A DNA stretch of 64,000 nt from Octopus sinensis (GCF_006345805.1 NC_043020.1:14818001-14882000); one strand, 5' to 3'. Shown: positions 51,709 to 64,000, numbered from the stretch's first letter. Made by a program: numbers and translations. Notes: a model not told the origin generated them from the letters alone.

Positions 51709-51873
51709 TATGACGGGCTTCTTTCAGTTTCCGTCTACCAAATCCACTCACAAGGCATTGGTCGGCCCGGGGCTATAGCAGAAGACACTTGCCCAAGATG
51801 CCACGCAGTGGGATTGAACCTGGACCATGTGGTTGGTAAGCAAGCTACTTACCACACAGCCACTTCTGCGCCT
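50720..51873. mobile_element. Inverted pair of SINE A copies (50720-51165 +, 51478-51873 -)
   Basis: Both full length, tail-to-tail, ~310 bp apart. Confidence 0.87.
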
Positions 51874-52482
51874 GTGGCTTAACCCTTTAGCATTCAGATT
51901 TTTGTGTCAAATGTAATGCTTCTTTATTCACACTGATTTGAATTAATCATGCATTATCTTGTAGCTTTGAGATTTTGATGATGTGATTGTTTATTTTTAG
52001 AATGACATTGTAGGGTAGGTGTAACAAGTCAGATCTGGCCAGTTTTAAGATAAAACATGTAGATTATTATGGCCAGATATGCTTGGCTTAAATGCTAAAG
52101 GGTTGAATCACTTTTACATGCTGCATGGTATATTTGGCTGAGATAGAAATTGTTGATTCAGTCGTCAATAGTAAAAGGGCAGAAGGAGGTTATTTTTAAC
52201 CCTTTAGCATTCGGATTTCTATGCCAAATGCAATGCTTATTTATTCACACTGATTTGAATTAGTCAAGCATTACCTTGTAGCTTTGAGATTTCAATGACA
52301 TAATTGTTTATTTCAAGGATAATATTGCAAAGGAAGTGTAAGAGGCTGGATCTGGCCAGTTTGAAGATAAAACAGGTAGATTATTTTGGTTGGAAATGGC
52401 TTGTATAAATGCAAAAAGGGTTAAATTGGATGAAATCTCTGTTAAAACAAACAAACAAACAAAGACTAAAATGAAAACATAC

Positions 52483-52617
52483 TTTATCAGTATCAAAGAC
52501 AGAGACATGCTTAGAGTCGTCAATTTTGTCTAAAATCTTGGAACACTCATCTCGTAATTCCTCAATTGTAGCTGCAGACAGAAAGTCTGGAATGACCAAA
52601 ACTCCTTCATCATTAAA
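52483..52617 (-). CDS. PHYHD1: PHYHD1 most 5' confidently placed coding exon (FNDEGVLVIPDFLSAATIEELRDECSKILDKIDDSKHVSVFDTDK)
   Basis: TTTCAG|TTT...AAA|GTATGT, 135 nt; F..DG.LV..DFLS PhyH N-terminal motif. Ten exons total 837 nt in frame to the stop; the Met lies further upstream and was not found. Confidence 0.93.
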
Positions 52618-54177
52618 CTGAAATGAAATTATGAAAATTAGAAATACTACAGTAAAGGCATTCTAAAATTCATATTTTAACAATTATAAAAGAATTATAT
52701 TTTCCAAAATTGGAAATGTTTACTTCAAATCTTAAATCGTAATATGCACAAATTAATCAGAGCAGATGGATTTACCTGAAGATCAGCTAAAAAATTATGA
52801 AAAAATATTTTTTATATTTAGCGGCAGTAACTTATAAGTTCCTCTGTACCAGCTTGATAAGATTAATACGGAATTTATTGAGATCATTCAACTGATTGGT
52901 AAAGATTCAACCCCCATCCACTAAATTCATCATCATTTTCCATCCATTTTTCATGCTGGCATGGGTTGGATGGCTTGACAGAAACTGGAAAGGCTGGGAG
53001 CTGTATGCGAGATAAGCCCAAAAACCGAGGTCAGTGATGTTGGGGGGGACAAACACAGACACACAAACACACATATATACATATATACGATGGGCTTCTT
53101 TCAGTTTCTGTCTACCAAATCCACTCAAGGCTTTGGTCAGCCCGAGGCTATAGCAGAAGACACTTGCCCAAGGTGCCACACAGTGGGACTGAACCCGGAA
53201 CCATGTGGTTCGTAAGCAAGCTACTTACCACACAGCCACTCCTATGCCTTACATATACCCTTAACATAGATTTTAGTGAAATCTCACAGAATGTGAGAGG
53301 GCTGGCTCTTTGAAATACAGGTATTTCTCATTTTTGTCAGCTAAGCAGACTGGAGCAACATGAAATGTTGGTTTGTGGGGTCCATAAACCCGCCCCACTC
53401 CATTTGTTTAAAAAATGTCCATTGTGTTGTTTATTCATTCGTTTTATATAAAATCATGTTAAATTTTTATCGACCCCAAATTGCGCTTTATATGTAAAAT
53501 CATTCGTGATTGTATCGTCCATTCTATGTATGTCCTTATGGATAATAAAAAAATCAAGGTTCCATAGTCTGTTTTCGCTTGGTTTCTACAGCTGGATGCC
53601 TTACCTAACATCAACCACTTTATAGAGTGGACTGGGTACTTTTTAGGTGGCACCATCACCGTGCTTGTGTGGGCAGGGCTGAGTTCCACCTCCATTCTCT
53701 CTGCCCCGTCAAGCATTTCTCTCACATCTCATTCCTTCTCTATTCATAGCATTATTTGGCTACCATAAACACCTGAAAGCAGAAGAAGTACATACTTCAT
53801 CTCCTCCCTCTGGTTACCTTCCTCTTCCTCACCCCAGAACCACCTCCATGTATCATTATCATCCCTGTGCCCACTGTTTCCACCAATCATCTCCTTCATA
53901 CACCTCCAGTCACCACTCTCTCTCCCCACTAAGATATACTCCATTCCATTGCTTTCTTTCCACTCTGCTATACTCCATCCTTAACATCTCTCTCATCTGC
54001 TATCACTCCTTTTGCCCTCACATACCTATCATAACCCCCACCCCTGTGCCACTCCCATTTCTTTCACCATCACTTACTACAGTCATCTCTATCCCATCTC
54101 GAACCATCTCCCTTCACATTCTTATGAAACTTCCCCCTCTATTCCCTTGCCCACTCATCCAAACCAATCTTCTATAT

Positions 54178-54520
54178 AATAATATAATAATGAAATTATT
54201 GTATACAGTGCTCAGGTGCTTTCAGAATATGGCAAATGCCTGATGGAGGGTATTCTTTTGGTTGCACGTCACTGAACGGCTTCCAGACGATTGATATCAT
54301 GGGCAAGATAAGGGTTCCAGACTGGTGATGCAAATTCCAGGTGAGGTCTTACCATAGCTATATAAAGCCGCAGATAGATAGCCGGAGAGCGGCTCACAAA
54401 GGACTTGGTGAGTGATGCCAAGACACCCTCAGCCTTCTTGGCAATTTTAGCGATGTGTTTTGTCCAACGCAGGTATCACTCCACCTATATTCACCCCTCA
54501 CTGTGCCTTGAGGGTAAGTC
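54178..54520 (-). mobile_element. CR1 LINE fragment with internal deletion
   Basis: LRWTKHIAKIAKKAEGVL...MVRPHLEFASPVWNPYL...RHLPYSE joined directly to the terminal GCACCTGAGCACTGTATACAAT tail. Confidence 0.85.
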
Positions 54521-55997
54521 CTGACACATATCCACTACCATCTCTCTCCCTCTCAATTTTTCTCTCTAAGCTTCTCTTTCCTTTCACAGTGGACTATTTT
54601 TGTATCTCTTCTAATGTAAGACTCCCATTTTTATCCCTCTATTATTCTTTTTAACCTCTCATCAACTAGCACAAAGCCACTTCCTTCAGTATTTCACCCC
54701 GCTTCCAATCGAGGGGTCATTCTCTTGCAAATTATTTGGTGATCTAGCCTGTGCTGGAGCCATACGAAAAGCATCTACTACATTGTGTATAGTAGTTGGT
54801 GCTAGGATAGGCATCCAGTTGTAAAAACCATGCCAAAGTAGACAATTGAGCTTGGCACATCCCTTTGAATTACCAGCTGTTGCCAAACCATCCAACCCAT
54901 GCCAGCATGGAAAACAGATATTAAATGTATATCAGACATTAAAATCTCTATCTAAATAGCACCCAACTCATCCTTCTAATAGATTTAGTTCTCCACAAAA
55001 TCATTCCATCTTTAATCTCCTTTCTGTCAACACCTCAAATGTAAAATTCTTCCCTGAAGACAAAGGCTGGTATTTTCCGATGATGGAACCAATTTACAAT
55101 CATTATTTTGGACCACCAAGCCCCCAGAAACAGCTGTTGAACTCGTAAAACTCTTATTCATCCCCTTTAATTCCTGATATCATTTGTATTCTGTATAAGC
55201 TGGACCTTTTTATATGTAAACTTATGTACATTTTTCTATTAAATGTATTTAATATGTTTTGTATATTGATTTGCCTATCTCTACATGGTGACTGCCCCGT
55301 CATTATCAAGTATGGCCATTGCACGAAGCTTAACCACTCAATGTTGTTATCATGCAATGCCTGTGCAAGACGATTTTTTTTAAAGTGAGGAAAGGCCGTG
55401 CATTGAGTCAATCCCACTCACTAAGCAACAGCAGCCATAATCCGAAAAGAAGAACAAGTCAACATCATCGGTAACCACTGAGCCGGAGCTTTTATGTCGA
55501 AGTTATCCCAGTTACCTGAGTTGCTTTCTCTTAGAAGGATGCCCTAACAAAGGCAAGGAGTCCTTCACTCCCAATGGTTTAACCGCGCGATCAGGTATTC
55601 AGTCCGATTATTTCTATGTCCCCGCACATTATCTCTACATACATACACACACACTTTGGGTAGAGGTTGTGTTAACCTCATGAAAGGATGGTTTCATCCA
55701 AGGAAATACTGGTTCAAAACCTAGTATTTTGGTGGAATTAATTTTCTTAAAATAATAGGTATATATATATATATATATATATAATAGTTATCGCCATACT
55801 AATATGGCATTCTTATAAAAATAAGAATAAAGCTGTCCGCTTATTAGCTCCATGAGGCCATCGCCTTAAGTTAGCTATTTGATACACAAACTGTATCCAT
55901 ATAACCTTCGAATGCAGCGTAGCCAGACCAGTAGGTGTCGCTTCTGACAATCTCTTTTAGAGAGACTTAGTAATTTTAATATTTCTATTATATATAT

Positions 55998-56040
<43 letters not shown>

Positions 56041-56043
<3 letters not shown>

Positions 56044-56630
56044 TAGTTAGTTAGTTAGTTAATTTGACTCAAAAGCAAATAGCAAGGCCATGTAGGGGGA
56101 CATGGAGTTAAGTACAGGGTGGTGTTCATGTAAAGAGTTCAGGCCACTTGAGGTCAAGGGAGGTTTGAACAAAGCGGTCGTCGGCATCTTCACCATCTCA
56201 TCTGGCAGCTTGTTCCACGGATCCGCAACCCGGACGGAGAAAGCTCCTCTCCTTCGATTGAGATGAAATCGTTGCAGGTAGAGTTTTTCGGAATGACCCC
56301 GCAGCCGACGCTCTGGAGCAGGAGTGAAGAACAGCTCTTTTGAGAGGTTACACTTTCCGCTTATGATGTTGTGGGTGAGAATGAGATCACCACGCGGCGG
56401 CGTTTTTCTAGAGAATAAAGGTCGAGTGTCCTCAGCCTTTCTTCATAGGACAAATTTTTGAGACCATGAACCATGCGGGTAGCCAGCTTCTGGACTCTTT
56501 CAAGATGCTGTATGTCTTTGAGGAGATAAGGAGAAGAGGCTTGAATCCCGTACTCCAATATGGGTTTCACCAGCGTGACATAGAGTGGTAGGAATATGGC
56601 TGCTGTGAGCATTCCGAATGACCGTCAAAT
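56041..56630 (-). mobile_element. CR1-type LINE 3' end (second family) with (CTAA)n tail
   Basis: LVKPILEYGIQASSPYLLKDIQHLERVQKLATRMVHGLKNLSYEERLRTLDLYSLEKRRR. Confidence 0.9.
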
Positions 56631-56679
56631 CAAGAACATATATAAAAACATATACTTTATGTTCGTATAAAAGGAGAAA

Positions 56680-57005
56680 AAGAAAATTGAGATTGGGCAG
56701 CTAATAACTCTTTATTATTAACAGGAAATTAATCATCATTTTTTACAGCTGTTTCAAATAATACCCAGTAAATATTAAGTAAAAATTAAATCTAAAGATC
56801 ATTCAGTCAGCTATAATGAACCCATAAACACATATAAATCATCCAAGGGTATATTCTTTTCCCTCTGAAGATATTATGCTCAGGTCATATAAATTTAATA
56901 CTTACTTAATATTTACTGAGTATTAATTGAAACAGCTGTAAGGGATGATGATTTAATTTGCTGTTAATGATAAACAATTAATTAACTTCTTAATCTCCAT
57001 TTTCT
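56680..57005. mobile_element. AT-rich MITE with long imperfect TIRs; partial copy at ~59020-59250
   Basis: TTACAGCTGTTTCAAATAATACCCAGTAAATATTAAGT versus ACTTAATATTTACTGAGTATTAATTGAAACAGCTGTAA. Confidence 0.65.
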
Positions 57006-57049
57006 TTTTCTTCTCTTATATGTATGTATGTATACATACTTATATCTCT

Positions 57050-57521
57050 ATATATAAAACTGTAGTTGTGTGAGTGTCTGTCCCCTTCGATTTAGATTCC
57101 TAACTACTCCCACATTTTGCGGTGCAGTTTAACCAAATTCGGGTATCTTATAGTCGTGATTCATATCGAGCCCGTCTGGGTATTAGCGCGCGTCTACGAT
57201 GAGTCTACGATTTTAAAAATAATTTAACATCATTTTTTATTCCATTTTAATGCATAATTTTTCGTGTGTCGATGGCGGCGGAGTTGGCGTCCACGCTCAC
57301 ACCTGCACCTGTGGGGAAGGGAGTGTAAGGAAATCAACGTCGTAAAGCGTTGTCAAGGAGACCAGCATTCTTTTAGAACAACGACTTCATGGCTTGAAGA
57401 CACCAAAACAGAAATGGCTAAGAAAGCCTGAATTGGCATCTATAAGGGAAGTAACTCTCTAAAAATGCTTATATAGTTATTTCCCTTACAAACCCGAGCA
57501 ACGCCGGGCAATACTGCTAGT
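57050..57521 (-). mobile_element. Helitron/Helentron-like element, long form
   Basis: Same termini as 37928-38225 plus about 170-190 bp of extra internal sequence. Confidence 0.65.
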
Positions 57522-57525
57522 ATAT

Positions 57526-57579
<54 letters not shown>

Positions 57580-58252
57580 CATATATATATTATACATACA
57601 CAAATATATTATACATACACACACATATATATATATATATATATATTACACACACAGAGCACTGAAAACAAGTTGACCTAGATCAAAATAAAAATAAATA
57701 AACGGAATAAGCGATAGAAGGAGAGAAAAATGGATTGTGTATTATTTCATGAATTTTGCATTTTAGAAAATAATAGTTTCTAAGTTGAATAATAGGGAAA
57801 ATTTGCGTATATTTTTATGATGGTCAACAGAAGGTGAATTTGGGATCAGAACAGTGACATCCATATGCTTGAATAAGTGAAAATATAAATACAAACAAAT
57901 GAACATATACATACACAGACATGTGTTTACACATCATCATCATCATACACACACACACACACACACATGTACATATATACTGTATAAGAATCCATAAGTC
58001 AGAAAAAACATGCACTTGTATATTTGTCAATAGAGCAGGTATATTAATCTAAGTATACAGTATTTAATATTATATATTACCTAACACTCGTCGAACCTCT
58101 AGTTTGAAACTGACTGGTAAGATCAGCTGTAATGGATATATAACACTGTACACTTCAATTAACACCCCCCACACACACATATACACAGACATACATATAT
58201 ATACACAGACATACATATATATACACATACATACATACACATACACACATAC

Positions 58253-58825
58253 ATATATTCTGAATGCCTTACTTCCCTGGGCATGGATACTTTGAAACTC
58301 CATCTGGCAGCTGACTTGACAGATATGCATAAATTATTAACCATCTTACAAACAATAACTCTGGGCACCTTTTCAAACTCCACCTGTCTAACACCCGTGG
58401 ACATGTTTACAAAGTCAGAAAACAGCACAGCTCCCATTTGCCATATTCTGAACGCCTTACTTCCCTGGGCATGGACACATTGAAACTCCCATGTCTGGCA
58501 GCTGACTTGGCAGACACCCATAAAATTATTAACCATCTTACAAACAATAACTCTGAGCACCTTTTCAAACTCCACCTGTCTAACACCCGTGGACATGTTT
58601 ACAAAGTCAGAAAACAGCACAGCTCCCATGACTTTCGGAAACATTTTTTCACGCTGAGAGTTGCTGAAGCATGGAACAAACTGCCGGCATCAAGCATGTA
58701 TCTGACTCATACACCGTTCACTTTCCAGACATTTGTACATTACTGCATATGCTTTATACGCACTTTTGACAAGTTGTGGTGCACCTGAGCACTGTATACA
58801 ATAATTTCATTATCATTATTATTAT
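58253..58825 (+). mobile_element. CR1 LINE 3' end with a duplicated 5' segment (~180 bp)
   Basis: CATATTCTGAAYGCCTTACTTCCCTGGGCATGGA occurs at about 58253 and again at 58442. Confidence 0.85.
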
Positions 58826-59396
58826 ATATATGCATGCCCACAAACATATATATAATTAGAGGATAAGTTAATTTTGTGAAGGGATGGTTGCATCCAAGGA
58901 AATACTGGTTCAATAACTAGTATTTTGGGGGAATGAAATTCCCTTAAAACAATATGTATATATTAAGCATATAGTTTATATCCATTTAAAAGAAGAAAAG
59001 AAAATAGAGAAAAGGAAAATGGAGATAAGTCTGCTGAAATGAATTGATAGGTTCACATATAACATCCAAAGATACATCTTTTTTCTTTTTTTTTTCTCTG
59101 ATGAAATTATACTCATGTCACATAAATGTAAATTTAATGTACAAATTTGTAATTAAATTATTGAGTATTAATTGAAATGGCTGTAAGAAGCAATGATGAC
59201 CAATTTGTTAACAATAAACAATTATTAACTTCTTTATCTCCATTTTCTTTTCTTCTTTTAAACACACACACACATATATAATGGCGCGAAATTGTAAGGA
59301 TCTTTAGGACATTGACCGATGAGGAATTATCTACAAATTTTCTGTTATAGTTTTGTAAAATTTTCCCTTTGTTGTGTTTTTATTAAATTTTTGAAG

Positions 59397-59424
<28 letters not shown>

Positions 59425-59428
<4 letters not shown>

Positions 59429-59945
59429 TATATATATATATATATATCATCATCGTTTAACGTCCGTTTTCCGTGCTAGCACGGGTTGGACGGTTTGACT
59501 GGGGTCCGGGAAGCCAGGGGCTGCACCAGGCTCCAATCTGATCTGGCAGTGTTTCTACAGCTGGATGCCCTTCCTAACGCCAACCACTCCGCGAGTGTAG
59601 TGGGTGCTTTTTACGTGCCAGGGGAGTCTGGCACGATCGGTTGGTGCTTTTAACGTGCCACCGGCACACATATATATATATATATATCAGTATATATATA
59701 TATATATATCATCATCGTTTAACGTCCGTTTTCCGTGCTAGCACGGGTTGGACGGTTTGACTGGGGTCCGGGAAGCCAGGGGCTGCACCAGGCTCCAATC
59801 TGATCTGGCAGTGTTTCTACAGCTGGATGCCCTTCCTAACGCCAACCACTCCGCGAGTGTAGTGGGTGCTTTTTACGTGCCAGGGGAGTCTGGCACGATC
59901 GGTTGGTGCTTTTAACGTGCCACCGGCACACATATATATATATAT
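59425..59945. repeat. Exact 262-bp tandem duplication (family C fragment plus (TA)n)
   Basis: Offsets 59448 to 59710 and 59426 to 59688; no differences seen in the non-microsatellite part. Confidence 0.92.
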
Positions 59946-60016
59946 ATTGGTAAAAACGGTAAGATAGCAAAAGAAAGAAAGAGACCTCAATATTATGTAA
60001 ATAGAGGAAATTTATC

Positions 60017-60098
60017 TATAAAATAATATGTTACAATTATTCAATAGTCAAGATAAAACTCAGAGTTTTATCTTGACTATTGAATAATTGTAACATAT

Positions 60099-60107
<9 letters not shown>
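60017..60107. repeat. Perfect AT-rich palindrome, 45-bp arms, 1-nt spacer
   Basis: TATAAAATAATATG...AAAACTC-A-GAGTTTT...ATTATTTTATA. Confidence 0.95.
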
Positions 60108-60130
<23 letters not shown>

Positions 60131-62599
60131 CTTTCCTGAGCGCCTATTAATAATAATACTGTAATTGTTCCACGTGTTGTTGTTTTTTCTGTTTTCCCGT
60201 TTGGATTAAAATTATATATATATATATATATACATACATACACACACATTTACACACACAGAGGTACATATACATGTATACATGCATATATGTACCCACA
60301 TATACACAGTTTCAACCTCCCCCACCCCTCTGTTTCTTATATTTCTAATGGAATATACTCTGTTTGTTTTCAAAACCAATATTTTACTTAAAGAAGTCGT
60401 CATATCTAAGATAATGTTCATACCAAATAAAAAGTATGATAGGATGATAAACTCCCTCCCATAAAACAAAAAAACATTCGTTTATGAATTTTTAAGAGAT
60501 CGATTGTCACAGGCCATAACGTTTCTGAATGGGGAGGCGTGAAATTTTATTGTCTATGGGTTTGCTACAAGAGAAACTGCTAAATTTCTAAACAGGTTTT
60601 AATTTATCCTTCTTTAGTTTTTATAAAATTGATTTTTAAGATGAAAAATAAAATGATTTCGTTTCATCCCGTATGTTGTAAAAAGAACTGATATACTTTA
60701 ATTCCATTACATCGCCACAGAATTCTAAATATATATAAAGGAAAAAATCACGTTAATTTTTAATTTTATTATAAATTTTTTTTTTTAAATAACCATGTCT
60801 TGAGAAAATTCTTACAGCTTCAATGTATAAAATTTCATTATAAACATGAAAGCAACTGAAAAATGTACAAAAAAAAATCCAAAAGAAAGATTTAGGACAG
60901 TTTTTAAATTAAAAGTTTTGAGAAATAACTGAAGGTATATATTTGATACGATTAAGTAAATAGAATACTGATAGCCAAATGATGATTTCAGAAATTAATT
61001 TCAAGTAAAGGTAAAAAAGGCCACATATTTTAGTTAATGTCTGGAGAACAGAATGAATAACACAAAGAGGGATGGATTGAATACTGTTGAATTCTTTTCT
61101 AATACACCGTAGGAAAGAATATTATTAGTGTTACAATATTATCATTTCTCTTTATAAGTTAACAAAACTAAAAACTAAATTGAAGGATCCAAGGAATCTG
61201 CATGGAATCAGTGGCGGTAATTTGGAGGGAAAATTACATGTAACCCCCACGCCCCAACACATTATTGATATCATGTTGTTTACTTAAAGATGGTGTAATA
61301 TTTGTTACTGTTGTGGGGTTAAATTAATCGACTAGTCCCCTCCCCACGAATTTCAGGCCTTGTGCCTGGCAGAAATATTAGCACACTGGGCAAAATGCTT
61401 AGTAGTATTTTCGTTTGTCTTTACATTCTGAGTTCAAATTCTGCCAAGGTCGACTCTGCCTTTCATCCTTTCAGGGCCGATAAATTAAATACCAGTTGCG
61501 TACAGGGGTTGATCTAATTGACTGGCCCCCTCCCCAAAAATTTTCAGGTCTTGTGCCTAAGTAGAAAAGAATATTTGTTACTGTTGTAGTTTTTTTTTTG
61601 TTTTTTTTGTTTTTGCTCATAATTTGCCTTCTAAGAGCTAAATTAAATTCAATTAAATACCTTTTTAATTTGATCAGCATTCATGATGTGTTTATTACTG
61701 TTTCAGCACCAAAAATAACTGGAAAAACCTGCATGGAAGAAATTATTTTAAAGGTGACCTAAATGATGATAACTTATCACATTACAGGTTATCAAAGTTC
61801 AAATGAATAACAAGGGGTTGAAAAAACAAAGCAAAATCTACCCAGAAGTAATTCAACAATGAGGCCAAGAGTGTCTTATATCTGATTGATATATAAACAG
61901 TGAATTGTTCTGGCTCTCTGCATTATAAGTTCAAACCCCATCCAGGTCAACTTTGCTTTACATCATTTTCTTCATCATTTCATTTACTGTCTGTTTTCCA
62001 TGCTCATATGGGACAGTTTGATAGGAGTTGGCAAGGCCAGGGGCCACACCATAATCTGCTTGGCACTGTTTCTATAGCTGGATGCCCTTCCTAATGCCAA
62101 CCACTTTAAAGAGTTGATAAATAATTCTGCCAATTCAGTGTGATGGAATGAAAGAATTATTTGAACATAAGACAAAATGCCTTGTAGTGGCAGTTCTGGT
62201 CTTTTTGTGTTCTGTGCTTGAATTTTATGTCAGGATTCAAATTGTGCTTAGAACCATGTCATCACCTATTTTCACCATGGGAGAAGGTGTCATGATAGAC
62301 AACGACAGACTGTGGCACCGGTATCTGTCTGCAAGTGCTATGGATACAGGGGCTATGAAGATGAAGCACTGTGAAAATTGAACTTGTGTACTCTTTTCTT
62401 CTCACTAATTAAACTTACTGGGGAAGGTCTCAAGATTTCATAAAACCCAAAAATATCCCCAACAACAACAACTACAAAATACCTTGTATTTAAGTTCTGA
62501 GTTAAAATTCAGTGGATTTTGACTTTGAAGGCGGATGTGATCCTTCTGTCCTCTTCTCAGTCTCTTTGTACAAAGCCCAATCTTTCTATCTCTATTTTA

Positions 62600-62990
62600 G
62601 CATATATGTCCACCATCAACTGTTTGGTTACTGAATTGAAGAAAGCAAGTCTGGCATTTTACCGGCCTCTCCTCTTCTGAGGATTGAATAGTGGAGCTGG
62701 CAAATTACTGCTCCAGCAGTTGCAATTCTAGCACCCATTTCAGCTTCCTGCTGCCAATCACTCATGAATATGGCTCTGAGATACTTGAACTTCTCCACTT
62801 GCCTCAGTGATGTTCCACTAACATGCAAAGTGCACTGAGTTTCTTCAGAAGACCAATGTATCAGTCTTTGGAACATTGATTCTTATCCCTGCCTTGCAGC
62901 ACTTGGCAGTGAGTCCATTCAGTGCTTGCTGGAATGTCATCTGCAAATATCAGCTAACCCATCCTACACCCCCTGATAGTGATACCACTT
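62600..62990 (-). mobile_element. RTE-type LINE reverse transcriptase fragment
   Basis: LRQVEKFKYL.AIF...EMGARIATAGAV, the post-YADD RT region. Confidence 0.75.
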
Positions 62991-63204
62991 CCATAACAGC
63001 CGCACATGTCAATCCAGTTCTTAAAAATTAATGACACTACATACATCATCATCATCATCATCATCGTTTAACGTCTGTTTTCCATGCTCACATGGCTTGG
63101 ACGATTTGACTGAGGACTGGCAAACCAGATGGCTGCACCAGGCTCCAATCTGATTTGGCATAGTTTCTACAGCAGGATGCCCTTCCTAACACCAACCACT
63201 TTTC

Positions 63205-63728
63205 TAACTAGAAAGGGTATGGCCTGGTCAGCCTGTAATGATATGCATAAGATCTGGTCATCAAATCTAAGTAGAGACTTCAAACTTGAAATCTTCAAAG
63301 CCACAGTCAAACCAATTCTACTATATGGCTCAGAAACCTGGACGTTATCAAAGAAGCTTGAGAGGCGGTTGGATGGAACCTACACTTGCCTCCTTATGAG
63401 AGCTCAAAATCTCTCGTGGAAGCGCCATCCAACCAAAATGCAAATATATGGGAAACTACCACCTGTGTCATCTCTTGTGAAAGGTAGGAGAGTCCAGTTT
63501 GCTGGACATTGTTGTAGAGCTGAAAAAGAGGTAATTTTTACTCTTCTCCTCTGGAAGCCATCTACTTGCAATACCAGAGGGCGCACACTCTCCTACCCTG
63601 ATGTAATCTCCAGGAATACAGGCATCCAGCAACAGGACCTCCATAATGCCATGATGGACCATGAAGTCTGGCGTAGCATGGTAAATTCCATTGTCTCAAC
63701 CACGGTCGAACAATGATGATGATGATGA
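63205..63728 (+). mobile_element. RTE/RTEX-type LINE 3' end with (TGA)n tail, inserted in a family C element
   Basis: FKATVKPILLYGSETWTL...RRVQFAGHC...VWRSMVNSIVSTTVEQ*; open to its natural stop. Confidence 0.88.
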
Positions 63729-64000
63729 GTGGGTGCTTTTACGTGCCACCGGCACGAGGGCCAGTCAGGTGGTACTGGCAATGGCCACACTCAAATAGTG
63801 TTTTTTTACGTGCCACCTGCACAGGAACCAGTCCAGCAGCACTGGCAATGATTTATGGTGATAGCCAGTTGAGCATCTGTGGACATCAGTTTGTGGTTGG
63901 CTGTGCTAGACTAAAGAAGTTTAATTTTTACACCTAAAAGACATTTTTTAAACCAATGAACCCCTTTGATTCCTATTTTGCTCAGTTGGACTCTCATAAC

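Noticed and set aside
55422-55438. ATGGCTGCTGTTGCTTA|GTGAGT as PHYHD1 coding exon 1
   Set aside because: Phase 2; joining to 52786 gives TAC TGA and joining to 52617 shifts the frame.
61707-61810. Possible plus-strand exon after TTTCAG (TKNNWKNLHGRNYFKGDLNDDNLSHYRLSKFK*)
   Set aside because: No recognisable family and no compatible partner exon; could be chance in AT-rich DNA.
63129-63716. 195-aa ORF as a host gene
   Set aside because: Chimera of a SINE-derived start and the C-terminus of an RTE-type LINE ORF.

Overview
AT-rich, repeat-dense animal genomic DNA. The SINE families and (TA)n/(CA)n/(CAT)n/(AAT)n microsatellites point to an octopus (coleoid cephalopod); this is recognition, not a database result. 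Three spliced genes were rebuilt by hand from splice sites and reading frame. (1) The 5' part of RBM18 on the minus strand (exons 2414-2428 and 298-386, continuing off the left edge). (2) A complete MRRF on the plus strand (6 coding exons, 7119-19731, 278/279 aa), head-to-head with RBM18 as in human. (3) PHYHD1 on the minus strand (10 coding exons, 52617 down to 24620, 278 aa visible, start codon not found), convergent with MRRF. The rest is transposon-derived: tRNA-derived SINEs, CR1, RTE, CRE and R4/NeSL-like LINE fragments, mariner, piggyBac, hAT and Helitron-like elements, a probable solo LTR, several long foldback palindromes, two complex tandem arrays, and one decayed Penelope-type hammerhead ribozyme motif. 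There is no CRISPR array and no true tRNA/rRNA gene. Almost all ORFs in the supplied track are repeat artefacts. I see no clearly new multi-gene system. The best leads are the conserved RBM18-MRRF pair, the hammerhead remnant, the intronic dsRNA formers and the promoter-like LTR. Exon coordinates were counted by hand; repeat boundaries are approximate.
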